Source: Klebsiella phage KP2025
Direction: 5' to 3' (one strand)
DNA: 64,000 bases
Sequence record: PP919962.1
Below the pieces are notes generated by a model. The model made no database searches, was not told where the DNA came from, and saw only the letters and a list, made by a program, of their open reading frames with translations. Below, piece after piece: positions 9,535-19,933 of the stretch (position 1 is the stretch's first letter; each line of letters opens with the position of its first letter). The position numbers were made by a program, and so were the translations under genes.

Positions 9535-9900
9535 ATGTTAATTAAAGAAAACTACAAAAACTATAGCAGCAGCATAAACTTCATTGACTCCAATGATAAC
9601 TTCGTTGGTTTCGATATGGGTGGTCAGTATTGCGAACAGTTCGGCTGGTACATCAGTCGTGAAGCGATTGCTTTCGACGATTATGGAAGTTCTGTCGAAC
9701 TTCAAGAAGAAGATCTGGTAGGTTATCGTTTTGATACCACTTTTGTCGATAACTACAATTTTGATGAAACTGTAGTGTTTCGTCTGGTGAGTGATAAAGG
9801 CGGTGTTGCATACCTGCATCTGTTCAACTCTCATAATGGCTACTACAGCCACGGTTGGGAGTCTACAATGGATGGCATTTCTCGTGAAGGGTATCTATGA
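9535..9900 (+). CDS. hypothetical protein
   Basis: ATG overlapping upstream stop. Confidence 0.45.
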   Translation: MLIKENYKNYSSSINFIDSNDNFVGFDMGGQYCEQFGWYISREAIAFDDYGSSVELQEEDLVGYRFDTTFVDNYNFDETVVFRLVSDKGGVAYLHLFNSHNGYYSHGWESTMDGISREGYL

Positions 9901-10520
9901 GTGATGCTAATTACTGGGACAGGGTGAAACCCCTCGTTCCAGGTGTAGTAGTGAAGTACGCTGGGTCAAAAAGCAGCGATTTTTACCTACTACCTGAGCT
10001 AGGTACACTACTAACTCTTATTGCAGAAGATATTCAGATGGGTTTCAACCCTGTTTGGATTTGTCTCTGGTATGATGAGGCTGGCAGAGTGAATCTCGTC
10101 CCTCTTTTGAAGAATGTGCTAGCGCCTGCCGAAGAACCGATTGATCCACGTACACAGGAAGTAGCTGATCGTTATTATCCGTGGACAGGCAAAGCCTTAG
10201 ATCTGAAATTCTTACAGAAGTCTCTTGACTCCCTGTTGAATCCAGTGCAAAATGAACCTGTTCCTGATGAGAAACCTGCCTCAAAGTTTTCTGAGGTAAC
10301 GTTCCTCACTGATGGAGGTAGTGCAGCATTAAGTAACGTTCGCTTCCCTGTCACTCTACGATTGACGGACGAAGAACATAAACTATACCCAGAGCTAGAT
10401 GGTGTTACCATCCTTGGTGGAATACTTAACATGCTTCCTGGTATTGATAAAGACCATAAATTCGATGATGATAAGTTCTACTTGTTCTACATCAACGAAG
10501 AAATCACCTATAAGGAGTAA
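9897..10520 (+). CDS. hypothetical protein
   Basis: ATGA coupling. Confidence 0.5.
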   Translation: MSDANYWDRVKPLVPGVVVKYAGSKSSDFYLLPELGTLLTLIAEDIQMGFNPVWICLWYDEAGRVNLVPLLKNVLAPAEEPIDPRTQEVADRYYPWTGKALDLKFLQKSLDSLLNPVQNEPVPDEKPASKFSEVTFLTDGGSAALSNVRFPVTLRLTDEEHKLYPELDGVTILGGILNMLPGIDKDHKFDDDKFYLFYINEEITYKE

Positions 10521-11002
10521 TGATGATTACCGCAATCGTATTTTTCGCGCTGGGATACCTCACCCACAAATACAAAGACGTGCTGATCGTTAAGATTGAA
10601 GCAGCTACTGCTAAAATCCAAGCGTTCCTCGACTCTAAACGTTAATACCTATTAAAGGCTGTATCTTGATAGGTACAGCCTATCAAAGAAGGAGAAAAGC
10701 ATGTTTACAGAAACCAATTTCAAGTGTGTTCATTGTGGTAAATCATTTGGCGACCATAAGGCAAAGACTTTTCATTGCCCTCGTAAAGGTCGTGGTAATT
10801 TAAAAGGTTTCGATCCATCACATGTGTATTCGCCTAACCGTGATAAGCCGGAAGAGGACAAATTCACCATCTAAGGAGGTTTCATGTCTACAGTTATAAT
10901 CATCGTTACAGTGCTGATCATCTTTGGTGCTGCCAAGTACAGTCTTATTGCCGCTCTGGTAGCTGGCATGGTATTGGGACTCATTTTACCGAGGCTCATG
11001 AA

Positions 11003-11386
11003 ATGAAGTTGTGGCGTGTAGCAGGGAAGGACGGTAAAGGTTTCTACTACACAGAAGTAAAACCTGGTATTACGATGAGCCAAGCTGTAAGCAACGCAAT
11101 CAACCGAGATATTGGGATGATGGATGAACAGCACCCTCGTCCTAGTGACGATGGTATCCCGGATGTTGAAGACCACCACCGCTTTGCTTTCTCTTCAATG
11201 GGCCAACTGTACAATTGGTTTGATCCAGAAATGTTTTCTGCCAGTTGTAAGCAAGGTGCTATGCTTGAGGTGTGGGAAGTGGATTCACGGTATGTGAAGT
11301 TTGGTCGAACTCAAGTGTGCTTTGAACAAGATAAAGCAAAAAGAATAAAAGTAACAAGACTGGAAAAACACAAATTGAGGAGATAG
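11003..11386 (+). CDS. hypothetical protein
   Basis: ORF. Confidence 0.5.
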   Translation: MKLWRVAGKDGKGFYYTEVKPGITMSQAVSNAINRDIGMMDEQHPRPSDDGIPDVEDHHRFAFSSMGQLYNWFDPEMFSASCKQGAMLEVWEVDSRYVKFGRTQVCFEQDKAKRIKVTRLEKHKLRR

Positions 11387-11387
11387 T

Positions 11388-11678
11388 ATGGAACTCGTAC
11401 AAGAAGTTTATGATAAACTGAAAGATAAAGGCTTAGATTGGCCTATGTATGCTCTTGTCGTGCTAAGAGATGATGACGGGGAGATAAAGTTCTCATCCCT
11501 GAGTAAAGATTATATCTCAGTAAGCCCAGAGAATAATATTTATATGCGAGGCCAAGACTGTCTGTTTAATAACAGAGTGCTGCCTGAGCCGTACTTAGGA
11601 TATGGTACTAAGAATGCTATGGAGATTGTGACTCGTTACGAGTTTGAACAGTTTTATTTTACTAAAGAGAATAAATAG
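11388..11678 (+). CDS. hypothetical protein
   Basis: RBS GAGGAG upstream. Confidence 0.5.
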   Translation: MELVQEVYDKLKDKGLDWPMYALVVLRDDDGEIKFSSLSKDYISVSPENNIYMRGQDCLFNNRVLPEPYLGYGTKNAMEIVTRYEFEQFYFTKENK

Positions 11679-11686
11679 GAGAAAAT

Positions 11687-12439
11687 ATGAAAGCAAAAGT
11701 TATTAGTCCAGCAGGTTATAGTTTTGATGCTCAGGTAGTTGGTAAAGTTTTTGATGTTGTTCAGAATTACGACGTTGGTGTAGCCCTTGATATTAAAAAC
11801 ACGTTTAACGATGGGTTTTGGTATTTTTCTAAGGGGAATGTAGAACTGATTGAAGATACAGTTTCTGAACAAGATAATGGAATTAAATCCTTAAAGGTAG
11901 GTAGTAAAGTTTTTCTGAATCCTAAAAGCGAATGGGTTGACTCTCGCTCCGGCAAAAAAGAAAGCTCTAATCCTCTTGATGTAGTAGGTACAGTTACTCG
12001 TTATGATCAATGGGATCTTGACCGTGGTAAGTTAGGGATCACTGTTAAATGGGATAATGGTTTAACTAACAGCTACCGTGGTGAGGATCTTATTTTAATT
12101 GAACAAAAAGAATCAAAGACTAAAGTAAAACAAAAGCCTAAGAAACAAACACAAACTAAAGTTTATATTTCTTACCGTGATGGTTCTAGTCATTTGACTA
12201 AACGTGTAGTTAATATTGTTGTACGTGCAGAAGATAAAGTTATCGCTGTAACATCCGAACGTAATGTAGACGGTTTGATCATTCGTGAGAATGTTACTAT
12301 CCCTTCTACTAGCGTAGACTGGATTGATATTACCAGTAAAGAGGCTAGTCATAGTTACTTCTTTGATGAACAGGGCCAAGTAAAAGCATCTTGTCAGTGG
12401 TTTGGAAAAGACCACAAGTTCAAAACACGTAGTCATTAA
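11687..12439 (+). CDS. hypothetical protein
   Basis: 250-aa ORF followed by a rho-independent terminator. Confidence 0.55.
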   Translation: MKAKVISPAGYSFDAQVVGKVFDVVQNYDVGVALDIKNTFNDGFWYFSKGNVELIEDTVSEQDNGIKSLKVGSKVFLNPKSEWVDSRSGKKESSNPLDVVGTVTRYDQWDLDRGKLGITVKWDNGLTNSYRGEDLILIEQKESKTKVKQKPKKQTQTKVYISYRDGSSHLTKRVVNIVVRAEDKVIAVTSERNVDGLIIRENVTIPSTSVDWIDITSKEASHSYFFDEQGQVKASCQWFGKDHKFKTRSH

Positions 12440-12446
12440 TAAAATA

Positions 12447-12470
12447 AACCCGCCTAGTGCGGGTTTTCTT
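12447..12470 (+). terminator. rho-independent terminator
   Basis: aacccgc-ctagt-gcgggtt followed by TTCTT. Confidence 0.6.
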
Positions 12471-12484
12471 ATAGGAGAATTTTT

Positions 12485-12709
12485 ATGGATGGTCTTTACT
12501 TATATTGTCAAGTATGTAATAACTGTGTTGCAGGAGGAAATTGTGGTTGTGGGTGGACTAATCGTTATCTTAAGGATGAACAGCCGTTATTAGAAGATAT
12601 TGCAATGGAAGAACTCATCCAGGAGCTATCGTCACGACTGTTTCATTTCACCCCAGACGAGTTTGAAGATGTCTTAGATGAGCTGAGGAGGAATTATGTT
12701 AGAGATTAA
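12485..12709 (+). CDS. hypothetical Cys-rich protein
   Basis: CQVCNNCVAGGNCGCGW. Confidence 0.4.
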   Translation: MDGLYLYCQVCNNCVAGGNCGCGWTNRYLKDEQPLLEDIAMEELIQELSSRLFHFTPDEFEDVLDELRRNYVRD

Positions 12710-12920
12710 TGAAGGGTGTATGGCTTTCTTAGTAGATAATCCTTTTCCATTTAGTGTAGGGGTTCATGTTGGAGAAAAGATGCAAGATGGTTTATGGCAT
12801 TGTGTATTGATTAGTAAGATTCATCATTACCAAGAGGTTTACCTTCATACAGATCAGATTGCTAGGATATCCGATTATGATGATTTAGTTATTGAACTAT
12901 ATAGTAAGGGGGTACATTGA
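12696..12920 (+). CDS. hypothetical protein
   Basis: ORF. Confidence 0.4.
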   Translation: MLEINEGCMAFLVDNPFPFSVGVHVGEKMQDGLWHCVLISKIHHYQEVYLHTDQIARISDYDDLVIELYSKGVH

Positions 12921-13103
12921 TAGGATTTTGGGAAGGAGTGTTAGTAACACTGGTAATCGTTGTACTCATTGCAGGTTACTTTAGTGATGAATAAAATAAA
13001 GCCCTCGGAGCGTTTCTGAGGGCTTTTCTATATGTAACATGACCCGATGTACTACTTTACACTAAAAGCGCTTAGAATGCGTTTTAGAGCGTTACAGACG
13101 CTA

Positions 13104-13133
13104 TTAAAATAAAAGGGGCTTTCGCCCCTTTGA
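13104..13133 (-). terminator. rho-independent terminator (downstream of Sir2-like gene)
   Basis: aaaggggc-tttc-gcccctttg hairpin with T-run on minus strand. Confidence 0.55.
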
Positions 13134-14012
13134 TTATCCGTTCAAATGGTCTTCAACCATCTTAATAAAATGTTTATTGCTAAAGGTCTCAGCAGCCCCT
13201 GCATAGTAAACAACGACTCCCCTTTCTTCATAGAGGCTTTGTTCAAGATAATTCAAACCTGGGTTAACAACGATCATCTTGGTTCCCATGTTTAGCGCAG
13301 GAAACAGTTCCCAGTTAAAGTTGATTACTTGGTTAGAGCAGCCAACTACAATCACCATGTCCTGAGCAGTTAAAGTATCGAATAGTGCATACATGTCGGT
13401 GTAAAGAGGTGCAGCCTCACCGAAGAACACAACATTAGGTTTAACCCAAGGATAGTTATTAATATCCACCGCAGAGTAACCAATATCTTCAAGAATTTCA
13501 TAACCACCAACTTCCCGACGATAACGGATTTCAGGGAGATAGCCATGAACATGTAGAACAGATTCACGTGCAACGCCAGCACGTTCCAGTAGATCATCTA
13601 CGTTAGTAGTGATGTTATAGACGCGCTCAGGAGCCATTGCAAACCATTTAGCGATTTGCAGGTGAGCTGCGTTAGGCTCTACAGTTGCTAGTTCTACACG
13701 ACGCTTGTTGTAGAAATTGTTTGTCTTCTCGTACAAATCCATCCCATCATCATCAATACCACCTACAACAGGCACATCCGGGGATGTACGGCGGCGATAG
13801 CCAGCTTGGAATGCACCAATATCACACACTTCAGCAAGATCATACTCGTCCCATAGTGCTTTCCCACTATCGGTATCTGTACGGAATGTGCGTACACCAC
13901 TATCGGCGCTAAGTCCAGCACCGGAAACCACAATTAACCTTCTTGGCATTTTTATCCCTCCACTATTTAATACACATTGTGTTTGATAATTTATCATGTC
14001 TTGAAAATTCAT
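13134..14012 (-). CDS. Sir2-family (NAD-dependent deacetylase/ADP-ribosyltransferase-like) protein
   Basis: VVSGAGLSADSGVRTFR (GAGIS..GIP.FR-type NAD site), HG catalytic motif, VVGCSNQV (GTS..V-type). Confidence 0.55.
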   Translation of the reverse strand: MNFQDMINYQTQCVLNSGGIKMPRRLIVVSGAGLSADSGVRTFRTDTDSGKALWDEYDLAEVCDIGAFQAGYRRRTSPDVPVVGGIDDDGMDLYEKTNNFYNKRRVELATVEPNAAHLQIAKWFAMAPERVYNITTNVDDLLERAGVARESVLHVHGYLPEIRYRREVGGYEILEDIGYSAVDINNYPWVKPNVVFFGEAAPLYTDMYALFDTLTAQDMVIVVGCSNQVINFNWELFPALNMGTKMIVVNPGLNYLEQSLYEERGVVVYYAGAAETFSNKHFIKMVEDHLNG

Positions 14013-14065
14013 ATTTCACCTATACTAATAAAGCCCCAAGGAGGGGCTTTTATTAATTTTTAGCA

Positions 14066-14725
14066 CTATACTACAGTTTTCATGTAATTGTCAAATGCTT
14101 CTTTATCCCCATTGGCAACCCAACAGGAGAAGTCTTGCTTCGGATCTGGGGTTACACCTTCTTTCCAATCCCAACGAACATGACCACCATACTTCGCACC
14201 AGGGAAAGTATATTCCGCTGTGTGAGTGATACGTCCAGGGCCACCCTCAAACTTGGTAAAGGTGAGCTGTGGATAGCAACGCATGACTGTTTCAATCCAC
14301 CAATCAAGACGATCTTTCGCCTCGTTGATGTAATAGGCATGGCGTTCCATCTCATCCCAATCCAACCAAACACCTTGTTCATTCTGGAAAAACACGAGTT
14401 TCAGAGGATCATAGATATACGTGTAGTAATCATCGTTTTCCTCTTCGCCATTATATCCTTCCCAAGCTTCGCGCAGTTCTTTGTTATCATGTGCAGAGTA
14501 CATCCACCAACCATGCTCCAAAAGAGCTTTATAAGGAACATAACCCTTTTCTGCATATTGGTCAAATTCTTTCACACGATGGACTTTACAGTATTCGTCG
14601 TCACCACCGATATCCAGCATACAAGCTCCACGACGACGAGCTGCCAAGCCGTGAGAGTCAAATACAACTACACTACCTTCATAATCATCGCGATCAACTT
14701 GATACGCCACCAGTTTCTTTGTCAT
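14066..14725 (-). CDS. hypothetical protein
   Basis: 219-aa ORF. Confidence 0.55.
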   Translation of the reverse strand: MTKKLVAYQVDRDDYEGSVVVFDSHGLAARRRGACMLDIGGDDEYCKVHRVKEFDQYAEKGYVPYKALLEHGWWMYSAHDNKELREAWEGYNGEEENDDYYTYIYDPLKLVFFQNEQGVWLDWDEMERHAYYINEAKDRLDWWIETVMRCYPQLTFTKFEGGPGRITHTAEYTFPGAKYGGHVRWDWKEGVTPDPKQDFSCWVANGDKEAFDNYMKTVV

Positions 14726-15422
14726 TATTCACTCCTTTATTAGCTTCGAATACTGCGCGAGCAAAACCACGAGGGGTGAGAGAACGTATTGTTTTAGTTT
14801 TCTCAGACTTCCCGCCCAGCTTTTTATATTGGGTAGAAAAACCATCATCAATAGGCACAGGTAACTTCTTTGGGAATTTAAACCCCTCGCTGACCCATAA
14901 ACAAGTTTTCTTTGGGTAGGCATCTCGTCCACGAATAAACTCTGGATAATGGGGATGCTCATCATCATCAGGTAGATACCCTCCAAACTCATACGGATCG
15001 AAAATGTAGTCACACTTTCTCCAAAGTGTTGATAGTACACTAACCGGATTCTCTATACAATATTCTGCACCGTACTTTTCTGCAAGATCAGCAGCCACTT
15101 TTGCCACATTTGCAGCTTTTATTTGAAAGTCAGGGTCTTTCTCAGCTTTACTTTTAAAGTGTCTCGCACCACTCACTGCCATATCTGTACATGGCGGGAA
15201 AGCAATAATCAGACTTGGTACGGGATACCCTTCTATCACTGGATCGAAACCAGGCTCAATCCAAGCATCCACATAAATGATGTTAGGGTGGATAATTTTG
15301 TGAGGATATCTTCCATGATCCCCACCGTCTGCATTAAAGCAGTAGACTATGTAACCATCCTCAGCCCAAGGTTGACCTGCTATACCACTGCCATCAAACA
15401 AACAAAATATTACTTTCGACAT
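14694..15422 (-). CDS. DNA cytosine-C5 methyltransferase-like protein (small)
   Basis: Motif I LFDGSG, motif IV PPC...S, motif VI ENPV, all in canonical order. Confidence 0.4.
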   Translation of the reverse strand: MSKVIFCLFDGSGIAGQPWAEDGYIVYCFNADGGDHGRYPHKIIHPNIIYVDAWIEPGFDPVIEGYPVPSLIIAFPPCTDMAVSGARHFKSKAEKDPDFQIKAANVAKVAADLAEKYGAEYCIENPVSVLSTLWRKCDYIFDPYEFGGYLPDDDEHPHYPEFIRGRDAYPKKTCLWVSEGFKFPKKLPVPIDDGFSTQYKKLGGKSEKTKTIRSLTPRGFARAVFEANKGVNNDKETGGVSS

Positions 15423-15811
15423 TAAATCTCCTCAGTCAAGGCAAACATCAACTGCCTGTGGTCATCTTCGCAAAGATATACTTTCTCTGCTGTCTCCCAT
15501 TTCTGGAGCGTCTTCACTCCGGGAGCCTCCATCAGGAAACGGCAGATTTGGTATTCTTCTGCTGTTATATATCCGAGTAGAAATGCGCGACCATAAAACG
15601 GCATAAAAGAGTTTTCGTTCGCTTTACGGATGTGCTCGTCTTTAGTCATCACTTTACAGCGTAAACCCCACCAACTTTTAACCTCTACTGTCTCTTTCTC
15701 CAGACGTTCGTTAATTGGGGTATAGAGTTCACGTACACGTTTCACCTTAATAAGAGCCATACGTAGTTGATCCTTAGTAGGTGTGATATATGTATCATTT
15801 AAATAACTCAT
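15422..15811 (-). CDS. hypothetical protein
   Basis: ORF. Confidence 0.5.
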   Translation of the reverse strand: MSYLNDTYITPTKDQLRMALIKVKRVRELYTPINERLEKETVEVKSWWGLRCKVMTKDEHIRKANENSFMPFYGRAFLLGYITAEEYQICRFLMEAPGVKTLQKWETAEKVYLCEDDHRQLMFALTEEI

Positions 15812-16747
15812 TCAATCTCCTTGAAATGGTTTGACCATGTGGCTGTTAGCCTTGAAACGCTCAATATAATCTGTTTCACCCATACTTTCGTAGAACTTCA
15901 TAACTACTCCGAAATTCTCCCAAGCGTACTCACGGAAGTAGCCTGACGTTATAGAGGTGCAAACTTTGCTTAAAGCCATAACAAAACTCTGACGAGCAGG
16001 AACTTCAAAATTAAAAGGAATCTGCGAACGTTCCAGGGCTAGGACACAGCTTTCTTCGTACACACCGAGAAGACGGATATGATTCTCCTGCTCAAAGAAC
16101 TTCTCTTTGGAGGTCATCACTTCACTGTCATCTTTCATATACGATTTGTATGCAGGAACACCGAGAACTGCCACCGCTTCGTGAATGGTGTCGTGATCGT
16201 ACACATATGGAACTTCGTCGCCTTTGAAGAAGTCTTTGCTCTTCACATCCAGGTTTGGGTGAGAATAGTTATAGGTTTCTTTCTCACGCATTTTGAACAC
16301 ATCCTCCAATTCTGCCGGGATGCTTGCACCCAGCGAACGCATGTAGTGAATGTCGTTCATGGTTTTGAAGAAATGAGGGCTATTCTTCTTATAGCGATGG
16401 CTCATTTTCAGAAGATACAGAACTTCCAGAGGAGCAACGCTATGGCGATCATCAAACATACCGATCAGGCTATCTTTGTGTTCTTCACAGTATTTCATGA
16501 GTGCCTCAGTGCTATCCCCGGGTTGAGCAATGTCATACTCAAGGTGAGCACCAGCCTCCATTTTCACATGGCCCTTATTACCGTTACGTTCGATCAGTTC
16601 GACAAATTCATCATTTTCAAACAGTTTTACTTGTTCTTCCCACTCTGCTTCGGTGCAGAGGTAATCTAGATCTACGCAAGGACGATAAAAGTCTTTACCC
16701 ATTCGACGTACCAGAATTTCAAGAGCACGGCTACCGATCAGAATCAT
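15812..16747 (-). CDS. hypothetical protein
   Basis: 311-aa ORF. Confidence 0.55.
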   Translation of the reverse strand: MILIGSRALEILVRRMGKDFYRPCVDLDYLCTEAEWEEQVKLFENDEFVELIERNGNKGHVKMEAGAHLEYDIAQPGDSTEALMKYCEEHKDSLIGMFDDRHSVAPLEVLYLLKMSHRYKKNSPHFFKTMNDIHYMRSLGASIPAELEDVFKMREKETYNYSHPNLDVKSKDFFKGDEVPYVYDHDTIHEAVAVLGVPAYKSYMKDDSEVMTSKEKFFEQENHIRLLGVYEESCVLALERSQIPFNFEVPARQSFVMALSKVCTSITSGYFREYAWENFGVVMKFYESMGETDYIERFKANSHMVKPFQGD

Positions 16748-16815
16748 GTTATTTCTCCTCTATTATTTGATGGAGAGAGTGTACCAGGTTTTGAAACTGC
16801 TGTCAACAGTTAGGC

Positions 16816-16842
16816 AATAAAAAACCCGCCGAAGCGGGTTGT
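16816..16842 (-). terminator. rho-independent terminator
   Basis: aacccgcc-gaa-gcgggtt with TTTTTTATT on minus strand. Confidence 0.6.
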
Positions 16843-16854
16843 CATTACATTTTA

Positions 16855-17259
16855 TCAGCACATCTCCGAGGAAGACACCCAGATACCTTGGGTCAGTTTA
16901 CCTTCCGCATCTGCATATTCACTTGCTCGCCAGCCTAAGTAATATTCTTCAATATCTGTACCTTTAGGATAATATGTTTGTCCATTTTCTCCATATTCGC
17001 CCCAGTAGGCTGTAACACCGCCCTCATCAGCCAAAGCGGCGATCTGATCTTTCACGGTCTCCACGTATTCCTCTGCGGCTTTCGTCAGTTCATCAATTTC
17101 TTTATCGTAATCACGTTTTTCCATTTTCTTCTCCTCTGCTTCTGCGATTAAATTTAGCTCTGGCATCAGGAATGACCAGAGCAGTTCATTAGCAACTGGA
17201 CGTGACCCAGACTGATCCATCTGCGTACACTCCAAACGTTTCAGAATTTCCTTCGCCAA
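16855..17259 (-). CDS. hypothetical acidic protein
   Basis: ORF; terminator downstream. Confidence 0.5.
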   Translation of the reverse strand: MAKEILKRLECTQMDQSGSRPVANELLWSFLMPELNLIAEAEEKKMEKRDYDKEIDELTKAAEEYVETVKDQIAALADEGGVTAYWGEYGENGQTYYPKGTDIEEYYLGWRASEYADAEGKLTQGIWVSSSEMC

Positions 17260-17422
17260 AACAATCAGAAGACTGCCAATCTTCGAAGGTCATTTCTCCG
17301 CTGAGGGTTATCGCAAAGCCAAAATCATTTTCACGAGCTAGTTCTTCAAGTTCACGGATGGTCTTCTGCGCTTCTACAGCTTTTGCCATTACAACGTCAA
17401 TATCTCGACTCATTTTATCTCC

Positions 17423-17617
17423 TTAACAACCAAGAGAAGACGGGAACCAGTTATCACCAGTATACTCGTTCTCTTCTTCTGGATCAAAATAACCACCCAT
17501 GCCGTAAGCCGGATGGAAACCAAAACCTTCACCTGTTTCCAAGGATAGGCGCTGTGCTTCTTCAAGAGCGGCTCTCGCCGCAGCTACTGCTTCACTTACT
17601 GTTTTAAATTCACTCAT
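17423..17617 (-). CDS. hypothetical protein
   Basis: ORF. Confidence 0.4.
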   Translation of the reverse strand: MSEFKTVSEAVAAARAALEEAQRLSLETGEGFGFHPAYGMGGYFDPEEENEYTGDNWFPSSLGC

Positions 17618-17632
17618 TTTTATCTCCTATTA

Positions 17633-18070
17633 TTACCAGCAAATACTGCTTGAAATCCAACCATGCTCGTATCCAGCGTTAATGTGCGCTGAAAGAACTT
17701 GCTCTTTACCTACACTAAACTTTCCGTCTTCATAGACGAAAGGTTCTTGGATACCAGACTCTTCCCAGAGATTCATCAGCACCTGTTTAGCAGTGTTGAT
17801 TTCATCCAGGCGTTCTTTACTAACCATAACATTGTTGTAGCAATAATCATAGATTGCATCTTCCTGAATAGGTTCCATAGTCTCTTTGTTATAAGCCCAT
17901 GTGGTCAGCATGTAATCATCTGTCCAATAAGGTTTAACTTCGAGAGGAATACCTTCCACATGAAGCCGCTCATCTTCATCACCCAAGAACAAAACGGTAA
18001 ATTTATATTCGCCGCTACTCAGATCGTAGTAATCTTCACCTACACGAAGGTTGTCAATGTTATTATACAT
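17633..18070 (-). CDS. hypothetical protein
   Basis: ORF. Confidence 0.5.
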   Translation of the reverse strand: MYNNIDNLRVGEDYYDLSSGEYKFTVLFLGDEDERLHVEGIPLEVKPYWTDDYMLTTWAYNKETMEPIQEDAIYDYCYNNVMVSKERLDEINTAKQVLMNLWEESGIQEPFVYEDGKFSVGKEQVLSAHINAGYEHGWISSSICW

Positions 18071-18080
18071 TTTAGCCCCC

Positions 18081-18500
18081 TTAACAAGTCATGCTACTAG
18101 AGCACCAAGCATGAGTACCTTGGATATAGGCAGAGCATTCGTCGTTACCAATATACACACGGTCATCTGATACAATAAGATCTCTTGTATTTACACCCAG
18201 AGACTTCAGCGTATCCACGATGTGTTGGCGTTCTTTATCTTTTCTTTTACGTTCTACAGGATCGATTAGACCGTGTTCATTAATAAATTCTTCAATATAA
18301 TTATCCCCTTCAATAAATTCGTCATTATAATAATCTTCGTAAAGAATTGCATCGTTATGTTCAGGGAGTTCATTCATTTCCTCTAGATATGCCTGTTTGT
18401 CTTCATCACTAGACCAAACACCATCAGCAAACACAATGCGAGCTACTTCATCACCCCAATTATCTTCGAATACTTGCCCAGCCACATATTTATTCTTCAC
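18081..18500 (-). CDS. hypothetical protein
   Basis: ORF. Confidence 0.5.
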   Translation of the reverse strand: MKNKYVAGQVFEDNWGDEVARIVFADGVWSSDEDKQAYLEEMNELPEHNDAILYEDYYNDEFIEGDNYIEEFINEHGLIDPVERKRKDKERQHIVDTLKSLGVNTRDLIVSDDRVYIGNDECSAYIQGTHAWCSSSMTC

Positions 18501-18774
18501 AAGGTATCTCCTCTTCTAATACTGCTTTAATTTTAAATGCTTTACTTCCTAAGTAACCGTCGCAACGGTCTTCATCCCCATAGTGCGAATAAAAGTCAAA
18601 TTGTACAGTTGATTCACTCATTAGAAAAATCATATCTGTATGCTTTGTACCTTCGGGAACAATATTTTGGATATGCGGTAGAAGTTTACAATCATAAAAA
18701 CAAAGATCACCCGCACTACCTACTTCATCCCAACCTTCCCAAGACTCCACAAAAGAATGTTCTAAGCCTGCCAT
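18490..18774 (-). CDS. hypothetical protein
   Basis: ORF. Confidence 0.45.
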   Translation of the reverse strand: MAGLEHSFVESWEGWDEVGSAGDLCFYDCKLLPHIQNIVPEGTKHTDMIFLMSESTVQFDFYSHYGDEDRCDGYLGSKAFKIKAVLEEEIPCEE

Positions 18775-18971
18775 ACAACCCTCCTCTAGTTAACAATCAT
18801 AAGAAGAACTACGCCAAGAGACATTTACTTCAACATTTTCCCCATCTTCTAAAGTAATGTTGAAATAATCATGCCCTAAACCCTCAGCACGAGCCATAAC
18901 AATGGCCTCTTCTAGCTTTTGTGCAATCAGTTGCTCGATAGTTTTCATTTACTTCTCCTCTATTCTAAATA

Positions 18972-19415
18972 TTACACCAATACACTCTTGCTGATATCTT
19001 CTAAAAGAAAGCTGAATTCTAGAACTAAAAAATCTCCTTCAGAATTACTTTCTATATATACAGAAAAACCAACATCTGTGTTATCCTTAGAGAGTGGCCC
19101 CAAGTGAAGTTTATATTCTTTATGATCTTCTTTTGTATATGTTACTGTATAGAACATATCCCTAAGTAACCCAGCCACAAAACGTTGTTTTTCTAACGGA
19201 TTGGTATAAGTTAAAAGCTTCTCTTTTTGCTCCTCATTCAAAGGTCTTTCTACTGTATAGAAAGGAATTTCTTTCTTTTCTTCAGAATTAAGAATTACCG
19301 TAGAGTTTGTAGAATAAACCCTGTCTTTTAAACCCACCTCGTCTAACTTATCATTTACATATTTAGTTAAAGCAGGTGTTAATTTGAATATCTCGTTTAC
19401 TTGTCTTATCGTCAT
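18972..19415 (-). CDS. hypothetical protein
   Basis: ORF. Confidence 0.5.
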   Translation of the reverse strand: MTIRQVNEIFKLTPALTKYVNDKLDEVGLKDRVYSTNSTVILNSEEKKEIPFYTVERPLNEEQKEKLLTYTNPLEKQRFVAGLLRDMFYTVTYTKEDHKEYKLHLGPLSKDNTDVGFSVYIESNSEGDFLVLEFSFLLEDISKSVLV

Positions 19416-19933
19416 TACCAGGTATCTCCCTTTGGCTTGATAACCTCAACGAAGAAAGAAGTTTCCATTTGCAGAGTATTGTTTAAAATAAACCCGTATA
19501 AAGGATACGCTGTAGTTCCTGCATATTGAATAGTATCAGCAGGAGCAAAATGCACAGCTACTTTTTGTGCTCCGTTATCTAACTCATGAACAATTGCACG
19601 TAAGATCTCATTCACCATCACGGTAGTGAATGTTTGCAGTACAGTGTTTTCAAATGGAACATACCCTAAGAAATGAAGATTAATATCTTCAATCTCTTGT
19701 TGAGTCAAATCTTTATCCAGTGGATAAAATGGAATAGTATATGCAACGTTATCTTTTGTCAAGAAGACATCACAATTATGATAAAGGAAGTCTACTTTGT
19801 CCATAACAAAACGAGTACCTTGCCAAAGTGTATCTTGCACACGTTCTTGGATAGCCTCAGTTAAATCTACGAGATCGTGATGCATATGACTTACATTAGT
19901 ACGTTCTCCTCCTCTAAGACATGCTTTAAGCAT
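19415..19933 (-). CDS. hypothetical protein
   Basis: ORF. Confidence 0.5.
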   Translation of the reverse strand: MLKACLRGGERTNVSHMHHDLVDLTEAIQERVQDTLWQGTRFVMDKVDFLYHNCDVFLTKDNVAYTIPFYPLDKDLTQQEIEDINLHFLGYVPFENTVLQTFTTVMVNEILRAIVHELDNGAQKVAVHFAPADTIQYAGTTAYPLYGFILNNTLQMETSFFVEVIKPKGDTW

